This document shows, piece by piece, positions 63,866 through 64,000 of a stretch of DNA of 64,000 nucleotides. The stretch is from an uncultured delta proteobacterium (GTDB lineage Bacteria; Myxococcota_A; Polyangia; Polyangiales; Houyiibacteriaceae), in assembly GCA_963712235.1 (NCBI GenBank), contig CAVQHC010000017.1, positions 142,348 through 206,347 on the forward strand. Reading direction: 5' to 3'. Positions within the stretch are counted from its first letter, which is position 1. Every line of letters starts with the position of its first letter. The position numbers and the translations under genes were made by a program. A model generated the notes under the pieces. It searched no databases. It was not told the origin of the DNA and saw only the letters and a program-made list of their open reading frames with translations.

Positions 63866-64000
63866 TGCGACCGTCGAGGCCTCCCTCAGAGCCCGTGAAC
63901 TGGCCCGACGACGCCGGGCGCGATCGTCTCATTGGCGATTGGCACATATTTCAGCGTTCGGGGGGACATCGCACCAGTACAGACGACCTGGTCACGGCTT
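63866..64000 (+). CDS. SAM-dependent methyltransferase, 5' fragment (tRNA m6A37 YfiC/TrmN6-like)
   Basis: IGDWHIFQRSGGHRTSTDDLVTA resembles the conserved N-terminal Q..GGxRFSxDxxLLA region. The gene is truncated by the window end. Confidence 0.4.

Overview
A 64-kb high-GC bacterial chromosomal window. Most genes are about 65-70% GC in 60-nt lines I counted by hand. It is most consistent with Myxococcota: a MYXO-CTERM-like sorting tail, several Hanks-type Ser/Thr kinases (one with a PEGA domain), an ECF sigma factor, a TSP3-repeat lipoprotein, and sterol- and sphingolipid-type genes. I can support about 50 genes. Layout: (i) 1-4 kb holds pyruvate kinase, a trypsin-like protease, a TetR regulator and an alpha/beta hydrolase. 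(ii) 4.07-12.1 kb is an accessory segment. An IS3-family element sits inside a GC-rich nested-palindrome repeat array, and the inverted partner of that array lies at 11.6-12.1 kb. Between them is a lower-GC 5-gene cassette: TVP38, ERG4/ERG24 sterol reductase, lipoprotein, OMP, sulfatase. (iii) 12.2-24.3 kb holds redox and lipid-type enzymes and greB. (iv) 24.8-41.3 kb is the standout, a tightly packed operon. It encodes an acyl-CoA dehydrogenase, a ~2.8k-aa KS-AT-KS-ACPx4-KR-DH megasynthase, an 1853-aa single-chain biotin carboxylase and an Sfp-type PPTase. All four tandem carrier domains carry Thr where the phosphopantetheinylated Ser is expected. (v) 41.3-49.2 kb holds an overlapping kinase/ECF sigma/anti-sigma trio, a heavily frameshifted TSP3/beta-helix lipoprotein gene and a PEGA kinase. 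(vi) 49-64 kb holds ALDH, an ABC-F ATPase, a diheme cytochrome c-DM13 fusion, a low-GC EEP lipoprotein, an FGGY kinase/S1P-lyase-like/MAPEG operon, an endostatin-like lipoprotein, arfB, a PilZ protein and a sulfotransferase. Caveat: I see about 15 apparent frameshifts in otherwise well-conserved genes, some in homopolymer runs. Consensus errors are therefore a serious alternative to true pseudogenes. No rRNA, tRNA or CRISPR array was found.
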